Source: Candidatus Methanoperedens sp.
GTDB lineage: Archaea > Halobacteriota > Methanosarcinia > Methanosarcinales > Methanoperedenaceae
Direction: 5' to 3'
Length of the DNA: 32,000 nucleotides
Assembly (NCBI GenBank): GCA_027460535.1
Contig: JAPZAR010000010.1
Coordinates: 30,001-62,000 of the forward strand
Both the position numbers and the translations under genes were made by a program. Below the pieces are notes generated by a model. The model had not been told where the DNA came from, searched no databases, and worked only from the letters and a program-made list of their open reading frames with translations. Positions 7,960-17,997 of the stretch are shown here, piece after piece. How positions within the stretch are numbered: the stretch's first letter is position 1; every line of letters starts with the position of its first letter.

Positions 7960-10137
7960 CTAAATTTTCAAATCTTGCGCCCTATTTTTCCTGACATCAT
8001 TAAAAAAGTTCATTAGAGAATACTTGACGCGCTCTGGCGCAACATCAATGATCTCACCACGCTCTTGTTCCGGAAAAATATTGAACACTGAATATTTTCC
8101 CCAGCGCTTTACTGACGAGGATAAGTATCGCCCATCCAGAAGCACTCTGACACCATAATCATCCGGAGAACGGACGACCCTTCCCAGCGCCTGCCTTACT
8201 TTCCTTATCGTAGGTATCTCGATGGCATAATCCCAGCCGTGCCCGAATTCTGCTTCGTATGCCGATTCTACCGCGCGTGTCCTGTCATTCAGGGCAGGGT
8301 AGCCAACGCCCACTATCACCACGGTTCTTCCTCTCCCATCCTTGTAATCCACTCCTTCCGTTAGCGTTCCCCACATATAAGAAATAAGCACAGCCTTCTT
8401 GCCGCTTTCTCCAATTTTGAAGAACTCATCCCTGATAGCCTGGGCAGACACACCAACTTCGTCCAGGAATACCGGGACATTGCATTTTATCCTGTTCTTA
8501 TACTGGCTGGCCTCATTGAAGCTGGGAAAGAAGATCAATACGTTCCCGTCAGACTGCTCTATTATATCGTTCAAAACCCGCGTGACGATCTCCTTTGTCT
8601 GGGGATTGTCCCTGTCCTTTGCAAAAAGAGGAGGGACTGATACCGCAATCGTAAGACGTTTCTCTTTCGGGAAGGTGAGGCCGAAAGACAATTCACATGT
8701 CTCTCGCGCAATCCCGAGCGTTGCTTTGATGGTCTCAAAAGGTGCAAGCGTGGCCGACATTAGCACAGCTGCATGGACGGCATCAAATAGGGGTGCAGTG
8801 ACATTTTTCGGAATGCAAGTGAATAATTCAAGCCGCCCATAGATCTCATTGCTCTGCCGCCTGACGCTGAGGATAGGGTAATAGGCCCTGTCGTTTGAGA
8901 ATTTCATGTAATTTGAAAGGAAGGTTGCAGCGACCAGACTGCTGGATATTTTTTTTACCGGACTTTTTCCCTCTATAAATTGTTTTTCATAGGACTGATC
9001 GATCTTTAACCCCAGGCTCCTTAAATTTTCTATTGCTTCTTCCGGCTTTTTGACGCCCGCGCTCTCCAGTGCCTTCAAAAGCTTGATCCTGAATAAATCT
9101 ACACGTTCCTCGGGGTCAGCTATCCTCAGGTCATACCATTCGCTGCCCACCCTTTCGCGTTCTCCAAATTTGAACCTCATATTGTAGGTGGCTCTTAACG
9201 TATCAAGTAGAACTCGCAGGAAAGTCTCAACTTCCTGTAATGGCAAAATGTCTTTATCCGCTTCGACCTCATCAAGCGCCCTGTTAATGGCAATTTCCGT
9301 GAGTGTCATTGATGAATGCGATCGAGCGGCGGATTCTAAATTGTGGGCTTCATCAAAGATCACTATGGTGTCTTTGAGGCCCTTATCCATCCACCCCAGA
9401 ACATTGGTGCGTATATCTTCGCTTAACAGGTGATGGTAATTACATATAAGAAGATCAGCTTCCTTCATGAACCTTTTCAACAATTCATATCCGCAGCTGT
9501 TATTTGACAAAGCCCATTCTGCGACCTCTTCAGGCGTCCTTACTCCTGAGAATAACCATCTGCGAAAATCATCATTATCATTTTTGAGTATTTGAAGGAG
9601 CTTGTCACATGAATTTTTCTGCAATTCATGCATCTGCCTTTCATATTTGTCTGATTCCCTGCTAAGTTCCCGCTGAAGTTCTATCAGACCCGTGTCTTTA
9701 AGCCTCTTTTGCTTGTCTTTGACCGACCTTATTTCGTTCTTCAATTGTGCAGAATCTTTTTCCTGCTCAAGCAATTTGTAGGTATTATCCCTTAGCAGGC
9801 TGCACGAGTCATAATCCATATTCGGTTTCGGACACATCAGCATTTTACCTTTCAGGACAATTGCTTTGATATTTTTTTGTTTATGTATCTCCCTTGCCTC
9901 TTCTATGAACTGGGCCATTTGTTGATGGACATTTGTGACAATGACTACTGTTTTCTTCTCCTGCGTGGCCACATGGAGAGACGGAGCAAGGGCGCTCAGG
10001 GTTTTTCCTGTCCCGCACGCTCCCTCGAACAGGACGATATGCTTTTTTATGAGAGCTTCATGGATAGCGTCCATGGCTTCCAGCTGGTTCGGATAAGGAG
10101 AGCTCTTAGGAAAATAACTGAGGTATTCCCGTTTCAT
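7960..10137 (-). CDS. XPD/Rad3 (DinG-like) superfamily-2 Fe-S DNA helicase
   Basis: 725 aa. Walker A is GACGTGKT and the DEAH box is FDEAHN. Four Cys lie between motifs I and II, as in the XPD 4Fe-4S domain. The C-terminal motifs are XPD-like (GTLTEGVDY, QALGRVVRS). Confidence 0.85.
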   Translation of the reverse strand: MKREYLSYFPKSSPYPNQLEAMDAIHEALIKKHIVLFEGACGTGKTLSALAPSLHVATQEKKTVVIVTNVHQQMAQFIEEAREIHKQKNIKAIVLKGKMLMCPKPNMDYDSCSLLRDNTYKLLEQEKDSAQLKNEIRSVKDKQKRLKDTGLIELQRELSRESDKYERQMHELQKNSCDKLLQILKNDNDDFRRWLFSGVRTPEEVAEWALSNNSCGYELLKRFMKEADLLICNYHHLLSEDIRTNVLGWMDKGLKDTIVIFDEAHNLESAARSHSSMTLTEIAINRALDEVEADKDILPLQEVETFLRVLLDTLRATYNMRFKFGERERVGSEWYDLRIADPEERVDLFRIKLLKALESAGVKKPEEAIENLRSLGLKIDQSYEKQFIEGKSPVKKISSSLVAATFLSNYMKFSNDRAYYPILSVRRQSNEIYGRLELFTCIPKNVTAPLFDAVHAAVLMSATLAPFETIKATLGIARETCELSFGLTFPKEKRLTIAVSVPPLFAKDRDNPQTKEIVTRVLNDIIEQSDGNVLIFFPSFNEASQYKNRIKCNVPVFLDEVGVSAQAIRDEFFKIGESGKKAVLISYMWGTLTEGVDYKDGRGRTVVIVGVGYPALNDRTRAVESAYEAEFGHGWDYAIEIPTIRKVRQALGRVVRSPDDYGVRVLLDGRYLSSSVKRWGKYSVFNIFPEQERGEIIDVAPERVKYSLMNFFNDVRKNRAQDLKI

Positions 10138-10279
10138 TAACGGCTATACTATGCAGGCATGATATAAATCGTGCGATTGCATGTGTGATTTTAAAGAACA
10201 TAGCATAATAACAAAGTAGTAGCACCATAGTAGTACTATTATATATATCGATGATAACCTGTATGTAAGTTGATAAAAA

Positions 10280-10705
10280 ATGGAACAATTTAAAAAACAG
10301 GGGGAAAAAACGATTAATTCATTAGCTGTTGTAAGAGCTGATGAGATGTCAAAAGTCAAAACAGCTTTGTGCGACCTAGTTCGATATGCCCGTTTGACTT
10401 TTGCAGATAAGGCACGAAGACTTGAACCTGCTTTTGCGGACAATATCCTTGTCCATGTCATGAAAAGCCCATTGAGGTCATGCTGCGAAGCGGCATCCAT
10501 AGTGCCTTTGAATGAGGAAGCAAGCGCTGCGATAGGGAGGCTTCGGAAAATCCATCCGCCGGCACATGTTATAATCGTTAGTCCAAGACACGAAATATTC
10601 CACGAACTTGTCAACTATGTGGACATATTGCCGGAAATTGACCTCACACTGGAACCAAAGGCTGAGTTCGAACCTGTCCAGGTGCCAGTCGAAGCAAAAT
10701 TCTGA
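10280..10705 (+). CDS. hypothetical protein
   Basis: 141-aa ORF with protein-like composition. It is preferred over the overlapping antisense ORF 10144..10614, which is Cys/Ser/Leu-rich. I recognise no family. Confidence 0.45.
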   Translation: MEQFKKQGEKTINSLAVVRADEMSKVKTALCDLVRYARLTFADKARRLEPAFADNILVHVMKSPLRSCCEAASIVPLNEEASAAIGRLRKIHPPAHVIIVSPRHEIFHELVNYVDILPEIDLTLEPKAEFEPVQVPVEAKF

Positions 10706-10855
10706 ACATTTTTGTTTATCATTTTTTGTCTTGCTAATTCGGATTAGCGTTTGATTTATCTCTTTTTTTTGTATTCTTATCAAATCGAACAAAATCACAT
10801 ACTTTTTAAACAAGGAAGGTAATTAACAAACATAACATTAAAAAAGAGGGTTCAG

Positions 10856-11233
10856 ATGACATTAAAGGTAACTTTGATAACAGGAAGAACAATCAATCAG
10901 GGAGCAAATCTTGAAAACAAAACCTCTTCTGATTATCTTGAAGCCACGGCTTATTGTGAGTTGAATTCCAAGGATTTGGCACTTTTAGGAAAATCCGGGG
11001 AACATGTAAGGGTTAAGACAGCCCATGGGGATGTAGTGGTGAAATTGAAGGAAAACAACGGCAATCCCGATGGACTGGCATTCATCCCAATGGGCCCGTG
11101 GGCAAACGCAGTGGTTGACCCTGATACTAAGGGCTGCGGGATGCCAGGATTCAAGGGTATTCCGGCAGATATAGAGTGTAAGGATAAGAAAATACTTTTA
11201 ATGAAAGAACTGATTGCGAGGTATAAGCAATGA
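10856..11233 (+). CDS. fwdD: formylmethanofuran dehydrogenase subunit D
   Basis: 125 aa with a molybdopterin-dinucleotide-binding beta-barrel-type sequence (LITGRTINQG...FIPMGPWANAVV). It sits directly upstream of fwdB and overlaps it through ATGA. Confidence 0.88.
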   Translation: MTLKVTLITGRTINQGANLENKTSSDYLEATAYCELNSKDLALLGKSGEHVRVKTAHGDVVVKLKENNGNPDGLAFIPMGPWANAVVDPDTKGCGMPGFKGIPADIECKDKKILLMKELIARYKQ

Positions 11234-12531
11234 CGACAGTAATAACCGATGCCCTTTGCCCATTTTGCGGCTGCACGTGCGACGATATCACGATTGTGGT
11301 GGAGGATAATAAGATAATAGAGGCAAAACACGCCTGCAAGCTCGGTGCTGCAAAAATAATGGGGCATCACAGGATAAAAGCGCCAATGATGCGGTCCGAC
11401 AAAAACAGCGATTTCAAGGAAGTCTCGTACGAAGAGGCGATCGATGCGGCAGCCAGGATATTTGCCAAATCAAAAAGACCTCTGATGTATGGCTGGGCGT
11501 CGACGCTATGTGAGGTTCATAAAAAAGGTATCCTTCTTGCCGAGGATCTGGGCGCAATCATAGATAACACAGCTACTGTTTGTCATGGCCCTTCAACGCT
11601 CGCAGTCCATGAGAAGGGCCTACCGACTTCCACTCTTGGCCAGATAAAGAACCGGGCCGATGTTGTTGTATTCTGGGGGAGCAACCCCGTACACGCCCAT
11701 CCAAGACATATGGGACGCTATTCCGTTTTCGCCAGGGGATTTTTCTCGGATAAAGGAAGAAAGGGGCGCAAAATAATCGTTGTGGATGTGCGAAAGACCG
11801 ATACTGCAAATGTAGCCGATGAATATATTCAGGTGCAGCAGGGCAGCGATTATCTGGTGGTTTCGGCTCTCCGTGCGATACTATCAGGACACACAGACGT
11901 AGTCCCGGAGTCGGTCGGAGGTGTGCCGAAAGAACAGCTCGCAAAACTTGTGGAGACATTGAAAGCAGCGAAGTTCGGCGCGATCTTTTTCGGCATGGGT
12001 CTCACCCAGAGTGCGTCCAGGTATAAGAATATCGATAACGCCATTTCTCTCACATTTGAATTGAACTCATTTACAAAATACGTTATCATGCCGATGCGAG
12101 GACATTATAATGTAACTGGCTTCGGGCAGGTCTGTACCTGGGAAACAGGTTATGCCACTGCGGTGGATTTCTCGCGCGGGGCACCGTACTACAACCCTGG
12201 CGAGACAGCCTCCAACGATGTCCTTTACAGGAAAGAAGTAGATGCAGCAATGATCATTGCGGGGGACGCAGGAGCTCATTTCCCGGCAAACTCGGTCCGC
12301 CACCTTGCGAAGATACCTGTGGTGCAGATTGATCCTTACTGGAATCCCACCACAGAGATCTCCAATGTGGTGATACCAACGGCCATATGCGGCGTTGAGG
12401 TAGAGGGCACGGCTTACAGGATGGATGGGGTTTCTTTGCGTTACAGGAAGATGATAGAACCAACACATCCAACAGATCTTGAGGTACTTGAAAGAATACA
12501 CGAACGTGTCAGAGAATTAAGGGGTGAGTAA
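11230..12531 (+). CDS. fwdB: formylmethanofuran dehydrogenase subunit B (Cys-type)
   Basis: 433 aa. The N-terminal Fe-S motif is CPFCGCTCDD. A Cys falls at residue 118 in NTATVCHGPS, the position of the metal-ligating Cys/Sec in FwdB. Confidence 0.92.
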   Translation: MTTVITDALCPFCGCTCDDITIVVEDNKIIEAKHACKLGAAKIMGHHRIKAPMMRSDKNSDFKEVSYEEAIDAAARIFAKSKRPLMYGWASTLCEVHKKGILLAEDLGAIIDNTATVCHGPSTLAVHEKGLPTSTLGQIKNRADVVVFWGSNPVHAHPRHMGRYSVFARGFFSDKGRKGRKIIVVDVRKTDTANVADEYIQVQQGSDYLVVSALRAILSGHTDVVPESVGGVPKEQLAKLVETLKAAKFGAIFFGMGLTQSASRYKNIDNAISLTFELNSFTKYVIMPMRGHYNVTGFGQVCTWETGYATAVDFSRGAPYYNPGETASNDVLYRKEVDAAMIIAGDAGAHFPANSVRHLAKIPVVQIDPYWNPTTEISNVVIPTAICGVEVEGTAYRMDGVSLRYRKMIEPTHPTDLEVLERIHERVRELRGE

Positions 12532-12532
12532 C

Positions 12533-14251
12533 ATGGAGCTTCTAATAAAGAACGGGGCGTTATTTGACCCGGTCAATGGAATCAAAGGCGACAAAACGGA
12601 TATCCCGATCAAAGATGGAAAAATCGTAGACAAGGTCAGCAGCAGGGCGTCTTTGTTAGATGCAGGCGGCAGGCTTGTAATGGCGGGCGGAGTCGATGCC
12701 CATTCCCACATAGCTGGCGCAAAAGTGAACGTGGGAAGAGTAATGCGTCCCGAAGATACACGGTCGGGAATAAAACCAAGGACAAAAATAACAAGACCGT
12801 ACACAGGTTACACGGTCCCGAATGTTTATGCTATGGGGTACCGCTACGCCCAGATGGGTTATACAACTGTCTTTGAGGCGGCCCAGGCGATAATGAAAGC
12901 ACGCCACACACATGAGGAACTTGAGGAGATACCCATCATCGACAAGGGTGCCCTCACGCTTTTCGGGAGCAACTGGCCCACGATGGACTATGTTCGCGAG
13001 AAAAATATGGATAAGCTGGCAGCGTATGTGGCGTGGGGATTGCTTGCTTCCAGAGGCTTCGGCGTAAAGGTCGTGAACCCCGGCGGCGGCGAGATGTGGG
13101 GATTCGGCAAGAACGTGACAGGTCTTGATGACGTCGTCCCAAATTTTGAAGTCACGCCAAGAGAAATTATCGTGTCATTAATGAAAGCCAATGAAATGCT
13201 GGGGCTTCCGCATTCCGTGCATCTTCATTGCAACAACCTGGGAAAACCTGGGAATTACAAGACAACTCTTGCCAGCATGGAGCTTGCAAAACAGGTGAAA
13301 CCCAGCAAGGATAGGCAGGTTCTTCATGTGACCCATCTTACATTCAACGCATGGGGAGGTACGAATTGGGGAGACTTCGAATCCAAAGCAGATGAAATCG
13401 CAAATTTCCTCAATAACAGCGAGAACGTGACTAGCGATATGGGTCAGCTTATCTTTGGCAGCGCGACCACTATGACGGCTGATGGCCCGGTGCAGTACGC
13501 CAACGCAAAATTATTGCATGAAAAATGGGGTAACGGGGATGTAGAACTTGAAGATGCATCTGGCGTTGTGCCCATCTTCTATGCCAAGCAGGTCTCTATT
13601 CATGCCATAATGTGGGCGATAGGGCTTGAGCTGGCTCTCCTCACAAAAGATCCATACAAAGTGTTGATGACCACTGACCATCCGAATGGCGGCCCGTTCG
13701 TGAACTATCCCGAGGTCATGGCCCTTCTCATGAGCAATAGGAAGCGGCAGGAAGAGATCAAGACCCTGCATGAAGCGGTCCATAAACGGACTAAGATACC
13801 GGGAATTGATCGGGAACTTGACTGGAGCGAGATAGCGATAATGACAAGGGCAGGCCCTGCGAAAGTGCTCGGGCTGCTTGATACAAAAGGTCATCTGGGA
13901 GCTGGGGCGGATGCTGATATTTCAATATATGACATTAAGCCTGACCAGATAGACCCATCAGTGGAACATGCGAAGGTGAAAAGTGCCCTCCAATCCGCGG
14001 CTTACACAATCAAAGGCGGCGAGGTAGTGGTTAAAGACGGGCAGATAGTTGCAACGCCCGCGGGCAGGACTTTCTGGGTGGATGCGGGGGTTCCCGAGCA
14101 GCACATGGACGAGGTCATGAAAGACCTCCGTCTGAAATTCAGGAACTATTACTCTATACAGCTTGCCAACTATATGGTGCAAGATGCGTATGTCACCCAT
14201 CCGAGAGTGGTGAAAGCGGGTGTAATGCCTGTTATGGCGGAGGTGAGCTGA
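12533..14251 (+). CDS. fwdA: formylmethanofuran dehydrogenase subunit A (amidohydrolase)
   Basis: Amidohydrolase fold motifs are present (GGVDAHSHI, HLHCNNLG, TTDHPNGG). I place the start at the ATG at 12533, which is preceded by AGGGGTGA. The track's 12524 start is a GTG inside the fwdB stop region. Confidence 0.92.
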   Translation: MELLIKNGALFDPVNGIKGDKTDIPIKDGKIVDKVSSRASLLDAGGRLVMAGGVDAHSHIAGAKVNVGRVMRPEDTRSGIKPRTKITRPYTGYTVPNVYAMGYRYAQMGYTTVFEAAQAIMKARHTHEELEEIPIIDKGALTLFGSNWPTMDYVREKNMDKLAAYVAWGLLASRGFGVKVVNPGGGEMWGFGKNVTGLDDVVPNFEVTPREIIVSLMKANEMLGLPHSVHLHCNNLGKPGNYKTTLASMELAKQVKPSKDRQVLHVTHLTFNAWGGTNWGDFESKADEIANFLNNSENVTSDMGQLIFGSATTMTADGPVQYANAKLLHEKWGNGDVELEDASGVVPIFYAKQVSIHAIMWAIGLELALLTKDPYKVLMTTDHPNGGPFVNYPEVMALLMSNRKRQEEIKTLHEAVHKRTKIPGIDRELDWSEIAIMTRAGPAKVLGLLDTKGHLGAGADADISIYDIKPDQIDPSVEHAKVKSALQSAAYTIKGGEVVVKDGQIVATPAGRTFWVDAGVPEQHMDEVMKDLRLKFRNYYSIQLANYMVQDAYVTHPRVVKAGVMPVMAEVS

Positions 14252-15009
14252 TGCAGGAAGTTTTCATAAAGCCCAAAATGAAATTCGAGATATCCGTGGA
14301 GGCTGAAAACGTTTCTCCGGATAAGTTCTCGGGAAAGACAGAAAAAGAGATCCAGTCGCTGGAGGCCTGGATGGGAAATCAAAAGACCATGCTCGGTGAG
14401 CTTTTCTTGATCAGGGTGAACGGAGCAGGAGCTGCGGCGGATACGAAAATCGTCATGGAAGGCGATTTCTCGCGTGTTAAAAGGATAGGCGAAGGAATGA
14501 CAGCCGGGTTGATAATGATAAAAGGGAACGTGGATATGCACCTTGGCTCAAAGATGAGCGGCGGAAAAATATCCGTATCTGGAAATGTGGATTCCTGGGC
14601 AGGCAGGGAGATGAAAGGCGGGGAGATCATTATCGAAGGTGATGCCGCTTATTATCTTGGAGCTGGATACCGCGGAGAAAAATGTGGTATGCGAGGAGGT
14701 AAGATCACAGTTCTGGGGAATACACTTGACTTCGTGGGCGAGCATATGTGCGGTGGGGAGATCGTTGTGAAAGGCAACGCAGGGATACTTGCCGGATTGA
14801 GCAACAACGGCGGCAAGATCGTGATCGAAGGTAATACCAGCAGGCCGGGGAGCGAGATGGTGAAAGGTACAATAATAGTCAACGGTGCCGTTGATGAGAT
14901 GATGCCTGTTTTCAAGCTTGAAGGCACGGAGGCCGTGGACGGCGCCACTTACAGGAAATATACGGGGGATGTCATAGTAAATGGAAAAGGTCTGCTGTAC
15001 GTGAAGTAA
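14251..15009 (+). CDS. fwdC: formylmethanofuran dehydrogenase subunit C
   Basis: 252 aa with repeated glycine-rich beta-helix units (GGKISVSGN, GGEIIIEGD, GGKITVLGN, GGEIVVKGN, GGKIVIEGN). Its start overlaps the fwdA stop as TGATG. Confidence 0.92.
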   Translation: MQEVFIKPKMKFEISVEAENVSPDKFSGKTEKEIQSLEAWMGNQKTMLGELFLIRVNGAGAAADTKIVMEGDFSRVKRIGEGMTAGLIMIKGNVDMHLGSKMSGGKISVSGNVDSWAGREMKGGEIIIEGDAAYYLGAGYRGEKCGMRGGKITVLGNTLDFVGEHMCGGEIVVKGNAGILAGLSNNGGKIVIEGNTSRPGSEMVKGTIIVNGAVDEMMPVFKLEGTEAVDGATYRKYTGDVIVNGKGLLYVK

Positions 15010-15133
15010 TAGATTCATGGTGCAAGACTGCCATCTTAAGGGATGTCCCCCCGGCAGGGTTGCTCGCCTAATGGCGTAAAGATTTGAAGGACAGCCATAC
15101 GGAGCGAAATCCCGAAGTTGTCAAAGAAATAAC

Positions 15134-15727
15134 TTATGAAAGTATGCTATAATAAATTATTAATAGAATTAGAATGATTGTTGAAATTAGTAAGGCCATA
15201 TCCAAAATTTTTTGGAAATAAATTTTCTTCTCTTTTTCATTTTCGATAATGGATGCGATATAGTCATCGATAGGTCTGCATACTTCTGGATTCTTTTGCT
15301 CAAAGCTTTCGATAGCAGATTTACCAATCGATGTAAGCACGCAATTTTGAAAATATTTTATATCCCCTTCTTTCATTAGCTTGTAAACATGTTTCTCAAC
15401 CACCATTGTCCTTATCTGGAGCGCTTTCGAGATATGGTTAATGGTCTTGAATCCATAAGCAATAGCCTTCAGGATAGCATAATCCACTTCCCCGAACTCC
15501 TTATCAGAATCAATTGCATCATGACTTCCTTGTTGAATTTCGATTCTTGACTTTGTCTCGACATAAGGCTCTTTTTTAAGGATAACATCATCTGAAGAAA
15601 TGGTCTCATGTTTTTCTTCTATACCCGGCATTTTTTCTGTGGTTTTTTTCTTAGGGATGATTTTTTCATACCATGGGCTGTCATCCATAAAAAAATCCAA
15701 GATTTTTTTGTTTTCTGTCCTATCCAT
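15134..15727 (-). CDS. membrane-tethered winged-helix DNA-binding protein
   Basis: 197 aa. The central segment is wHTH-like (YAILKAIAYGFKTINHISKALQIRTMVVEKHVYKLMKEGDI). A C-terminal TM helix is present (ILDMALLISTIILILLIIYYSIL). The start lies 2 nt after the upstream MinD gene. Confidence 0.55.
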   Translation of the reverse strand: MDRTENKKILDFFMDDSPWYEKIIPKKKTTEKMPGIEEKHETISSDDVILKKEPYVETKSRIEIQQGSHDAIDSDKEFGEVDYAILKAIAYGFKTINHISKALQIRTMVVEKHVYKLMKEGDIKYFQNCVLTSIGKSAIESFEQKNPEVCRPIDDYIASIIENEKEKKIYFQKILDMALLISTIILILLIIYYSILS

Positions 15728-15729
15728 AG

Positions 15730-16467
15730 TTATCTGAAAAACCTCTCAAAAATGCTCTTTTTCGGGGGTATATCGCATAATTTTTCAGCTATTCTCATCA
15801 CTGCTTTTGCGGCAGAGGATTTTGGCTTTAATGAAATGAGCGGTTTCCTGGCATCCCTTGCTTTGATGATGGCATCATCTTCGGGTATGATGCCGAACAC
15901 AGGCAACCCTAGCTTTACCCCGATATCTTCATAGATGCTCTTCTTATATTTGTTCACAATGACACCCGCGATGTTGATGCCGGCAAGCCCTGAAACAGCT
16001 TTCACCTTCTGCGCATCAGAAATAGAAGCAGGATCTGGATTGACAATGATCAAAACCTCATCTGAGTACGTCATGGGCAGTATGCTGAACTTGGAAAGGC
16101 CTGCTGCAACATCCAGGATTATGAAATCATATTCTCTCTTCCTTAACGCTGAAATAACATCCTCTAATTTATCTATGTTCGCATCCCGGAGGGTCTGCAG
16201 CGAAGAACCACATGGCAGGATATTGAGCCCCATCTGGATTGTGTATATCGCATTTTGGATCTCCGCTGTTCCATTGAGCACTTCAAGAAGCGTGACTATC
16301 GGTTTTTCAAGACCCGTATAGAGATCGAGATCCGGTAGGGATACATCAGTATCCACTACAAGGACTTTCTTTTTCAATGACGCGAGTGCAAATCCTATGT
16401 TCAATGCAACGGTTGTTTTCCCTACACCGCCTTTTCCTGAACCCATAGCGATTATTTTTGGAGCCAT
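15730..16467 (-). CDS. MinD/ParA-family P-loop ATPase
   Basis: 245 aa with the deviant Walker A GSGKGGVGKTT near the N-terminus and MinD-like overall length. Confidence 0.85.
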   Translation of the reverse strand: MAPKIIAMGSGKGGVGKTTVALNIGFALASLKKKVLVVDTDVSLPDLDLYTGLEKPIVTLLEVLNGTAEIQNAIYTIQMGLNILPCGSSLQTLRDANIDKLEDVISALRKREYDFIILDVAAGLSKFSILPMTYSDEVLIIVNPDPASISDAQKVKAVSGLAGINIAGVIVNKYKKSIYEDIGVKLGLPVFGIIPEDDAIIKARDARKPLISLKPKSSAAKAVMRIAEKLCDIPPKKSIFERFFR

Positions 16468-16471
16468 ATTA

Positions 16472-17842
16472 TCACTTTGATCTCTTCTTTAAATACAATC
16501 TTAATGCAAGTATGAATATGATAACTATGGAAAGTCCAATTATGGGTTTAAGCTGTGGTTTTTTTTCGATTTCAGGTACTGCGGTCACAGTGGGAGCGGT
16601 GGTAGCTGCCTCTACAAAAAATACCTTGCTCAGAGCCGAATTTCCTATCGTTACTCTGTACGCGCCGAGGTCAGATCTCGTGACAGTGAACTTAATATCC
16701 TCTATTTCCGAAAAATTCAGATATACCTCGCGTTCCTCTTGCAGGGCATCATTGATGAAAATATCCACGGGCTGTGATCCGTCCTTACCTGTATTTTCCA
16801 CGGTCACAGAAATGGTCACTGTTTGATTTGGCGGAACGCTCAAATGATCTATCTGTATATCCTTAAAATCGAATGCGGTAGGTATTTCGATCTTTTTTTC
16901 AGCGCTTACATTGAAGACCGTGGATAGTTCTAGACCTACCGTGTTATTCCCCGTAGGGATGATCTCCAAGCTGTGGTTCCCAACGGTTTCCGATGAGACC
17001 GTGAACGAGACCGGCTGGCTTTGGTAAGCTCCTATTTCGATCGTGGTATTGTCTATTAATTTACCGTCAAGTAACAGGGAAAGGGAGGTCGTTCCTGCCT
17101 CATAAAAAGTATTTGTGACATCAGCGCTCACGAGAACAGGTTCATTCGGGAACACACTCCTTCTGTCAAGTACGATGTTTTCTACTTTGAACCTGTCCAC
17201 GGGGTATTTGCTTGCATATCTGTCTATATAAAAGTTCTTATTGATCGAGATCTCCTGTGTATTTAATAATCCGCTCTCATTTGTTATATCACTCCGGTCT
17301 AAGTACGGGATATCTGGTTTACTGCTTCCGTTCAGATATGAAAAGGTCACATCAGAATAGTACTGATCCATAATGGAATCATTGAGAAGGTCAAAAATAT
17401 GGATCTCTGCGGTATAAATGCCGTCCTCCCAGCTCGTCGGCACTTCCCTTGAATAGGTGATGAAATCATTCTCCCTGTAATCCTCGTATCTGTCACTGTA
17501 CGCTGCAGTATCCACTATGTTATTATTAGAATCCCTGATAATGAATACATAATCCACACCTACTTCGCGCCTGTGATTTACTCCATTAGCTTCGGCGTAG
17601 ATCTTTAGGATGCTGCCCGGGGGAAATCTATCGTTCCAGTGCAGGTCGTAGTCCTGTAATCCCCTTACGTTGTAGACTATTCTGGCATATCCGGTATCTA
17701 TTGCCAATGAGGGGAGAGGTAATATTGCGAGCATAATAACCAGAATTATCATGGGTATATAATTCATGGACAACATAATACAAATTTGCTTATAAAGATT
17801 TTGAAAAAATTTGCATATGCAACGCATGAATTTTTTGTTCAT
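16472..17842 (-). CDS. CARDB-repeat cell-surface protein with a C-terminal TM anchor
   Basis: Has a signal-like N-terminus; an alternative start is MNYIPMIILV at 17767. Two CARDB-like repeats are present (VLVSADVTNTFYEAGTTSLSLLLDGK...; VTISVTVENTGKDGSQPVDIFINDA...). The C-terminus is a hydrophobic helix plus a basic tail (IIGLSIVIIFILALRLYLKKRSK). Many N-x-S/T sequons occur. Confidence 0.7.
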   Translation of the reverse strand: MNKKFMRCICKFFQNLYKQICIMLSMNYIPMIILVIMLAILPLPSLAIDTGYARIVYNVRGLQDYDLHWNDRFPPGSILKIYAEANGVNHRREVGVDYVFIIRDSNNNIVDTAAYSDRYEDYRENDFITYSREVPTSWEDGIYTAEIHIFDLLNDSIMDQYYSDVTFSYLNGSSKPDIPYLDRSDITNESGLLNTQEISINKNFYIDRYASKYPVDRFKVENIVLDRRSVFPNEPVLVSADVTNTFYEAGTTSLSLLLDGKLIDNTTIEIGAYQSQPVSFTVSSETVGNHSLEIIPTGNNTVGLELSTVFNVSAEKKIEIPTAFDFKDIQIDHLSVPPNQTVTISVTVENTGKDGSQPVDIFINDALQEEREVYLNFSEIEDIKFTVTRSDLGAYRVTIGNSALSKVFFVEAATTAPTVTAVPEIEKKPQLKPIIGLSIVIIFILALRLYLKKRSK

Positions 17843-17997
17843 AGACTCTTTTCGAGCATTGCTCCATGGGCATTGAGCAAAATATAAAAAATCAAAATGG
17901 ATGACCGCTCATCTCCCTCTTAGTATATGGCACCGCAGAGAGTTCTATTCTTCCTGAAAATACTTCTGATCCAACTATTAAAATTGGTGAAAGCATT

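Noticed and set aside
7836-7994. 52-aa plus-strand ORF (MSTGNMFSMIEAWQEFRKLREIQDDL...) overlapping the 3' end of the helicase gene.
   Set aside because: It has no convincing ribosome-binding site, overlaps the convergent helicase by 35 nt and has no recognisable features. It is kept only as a low-probability candidate.
10144-10614. 156-aa minus-strand ORF overlapping the 10280..10705 plus-strand ORF.
   Set aside because: Its composition is not protein-like (Cys/Ser/Leu/Ile runs), and it would start inside the neighbouring gene's space. The plus-strand ORF looks more like a real protein, but neither is certain.
15010-15133. A relatively GC-rich 124-bp spacer between the convergent fwdC and wHTH genes, with a short ctgcc/ggcag stem. 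It could be a small RNA or a terminator.
   Set aside because: The stem is only 5 bp and no T-run follows it. I see no tRNA-like or known riboswitch structure.
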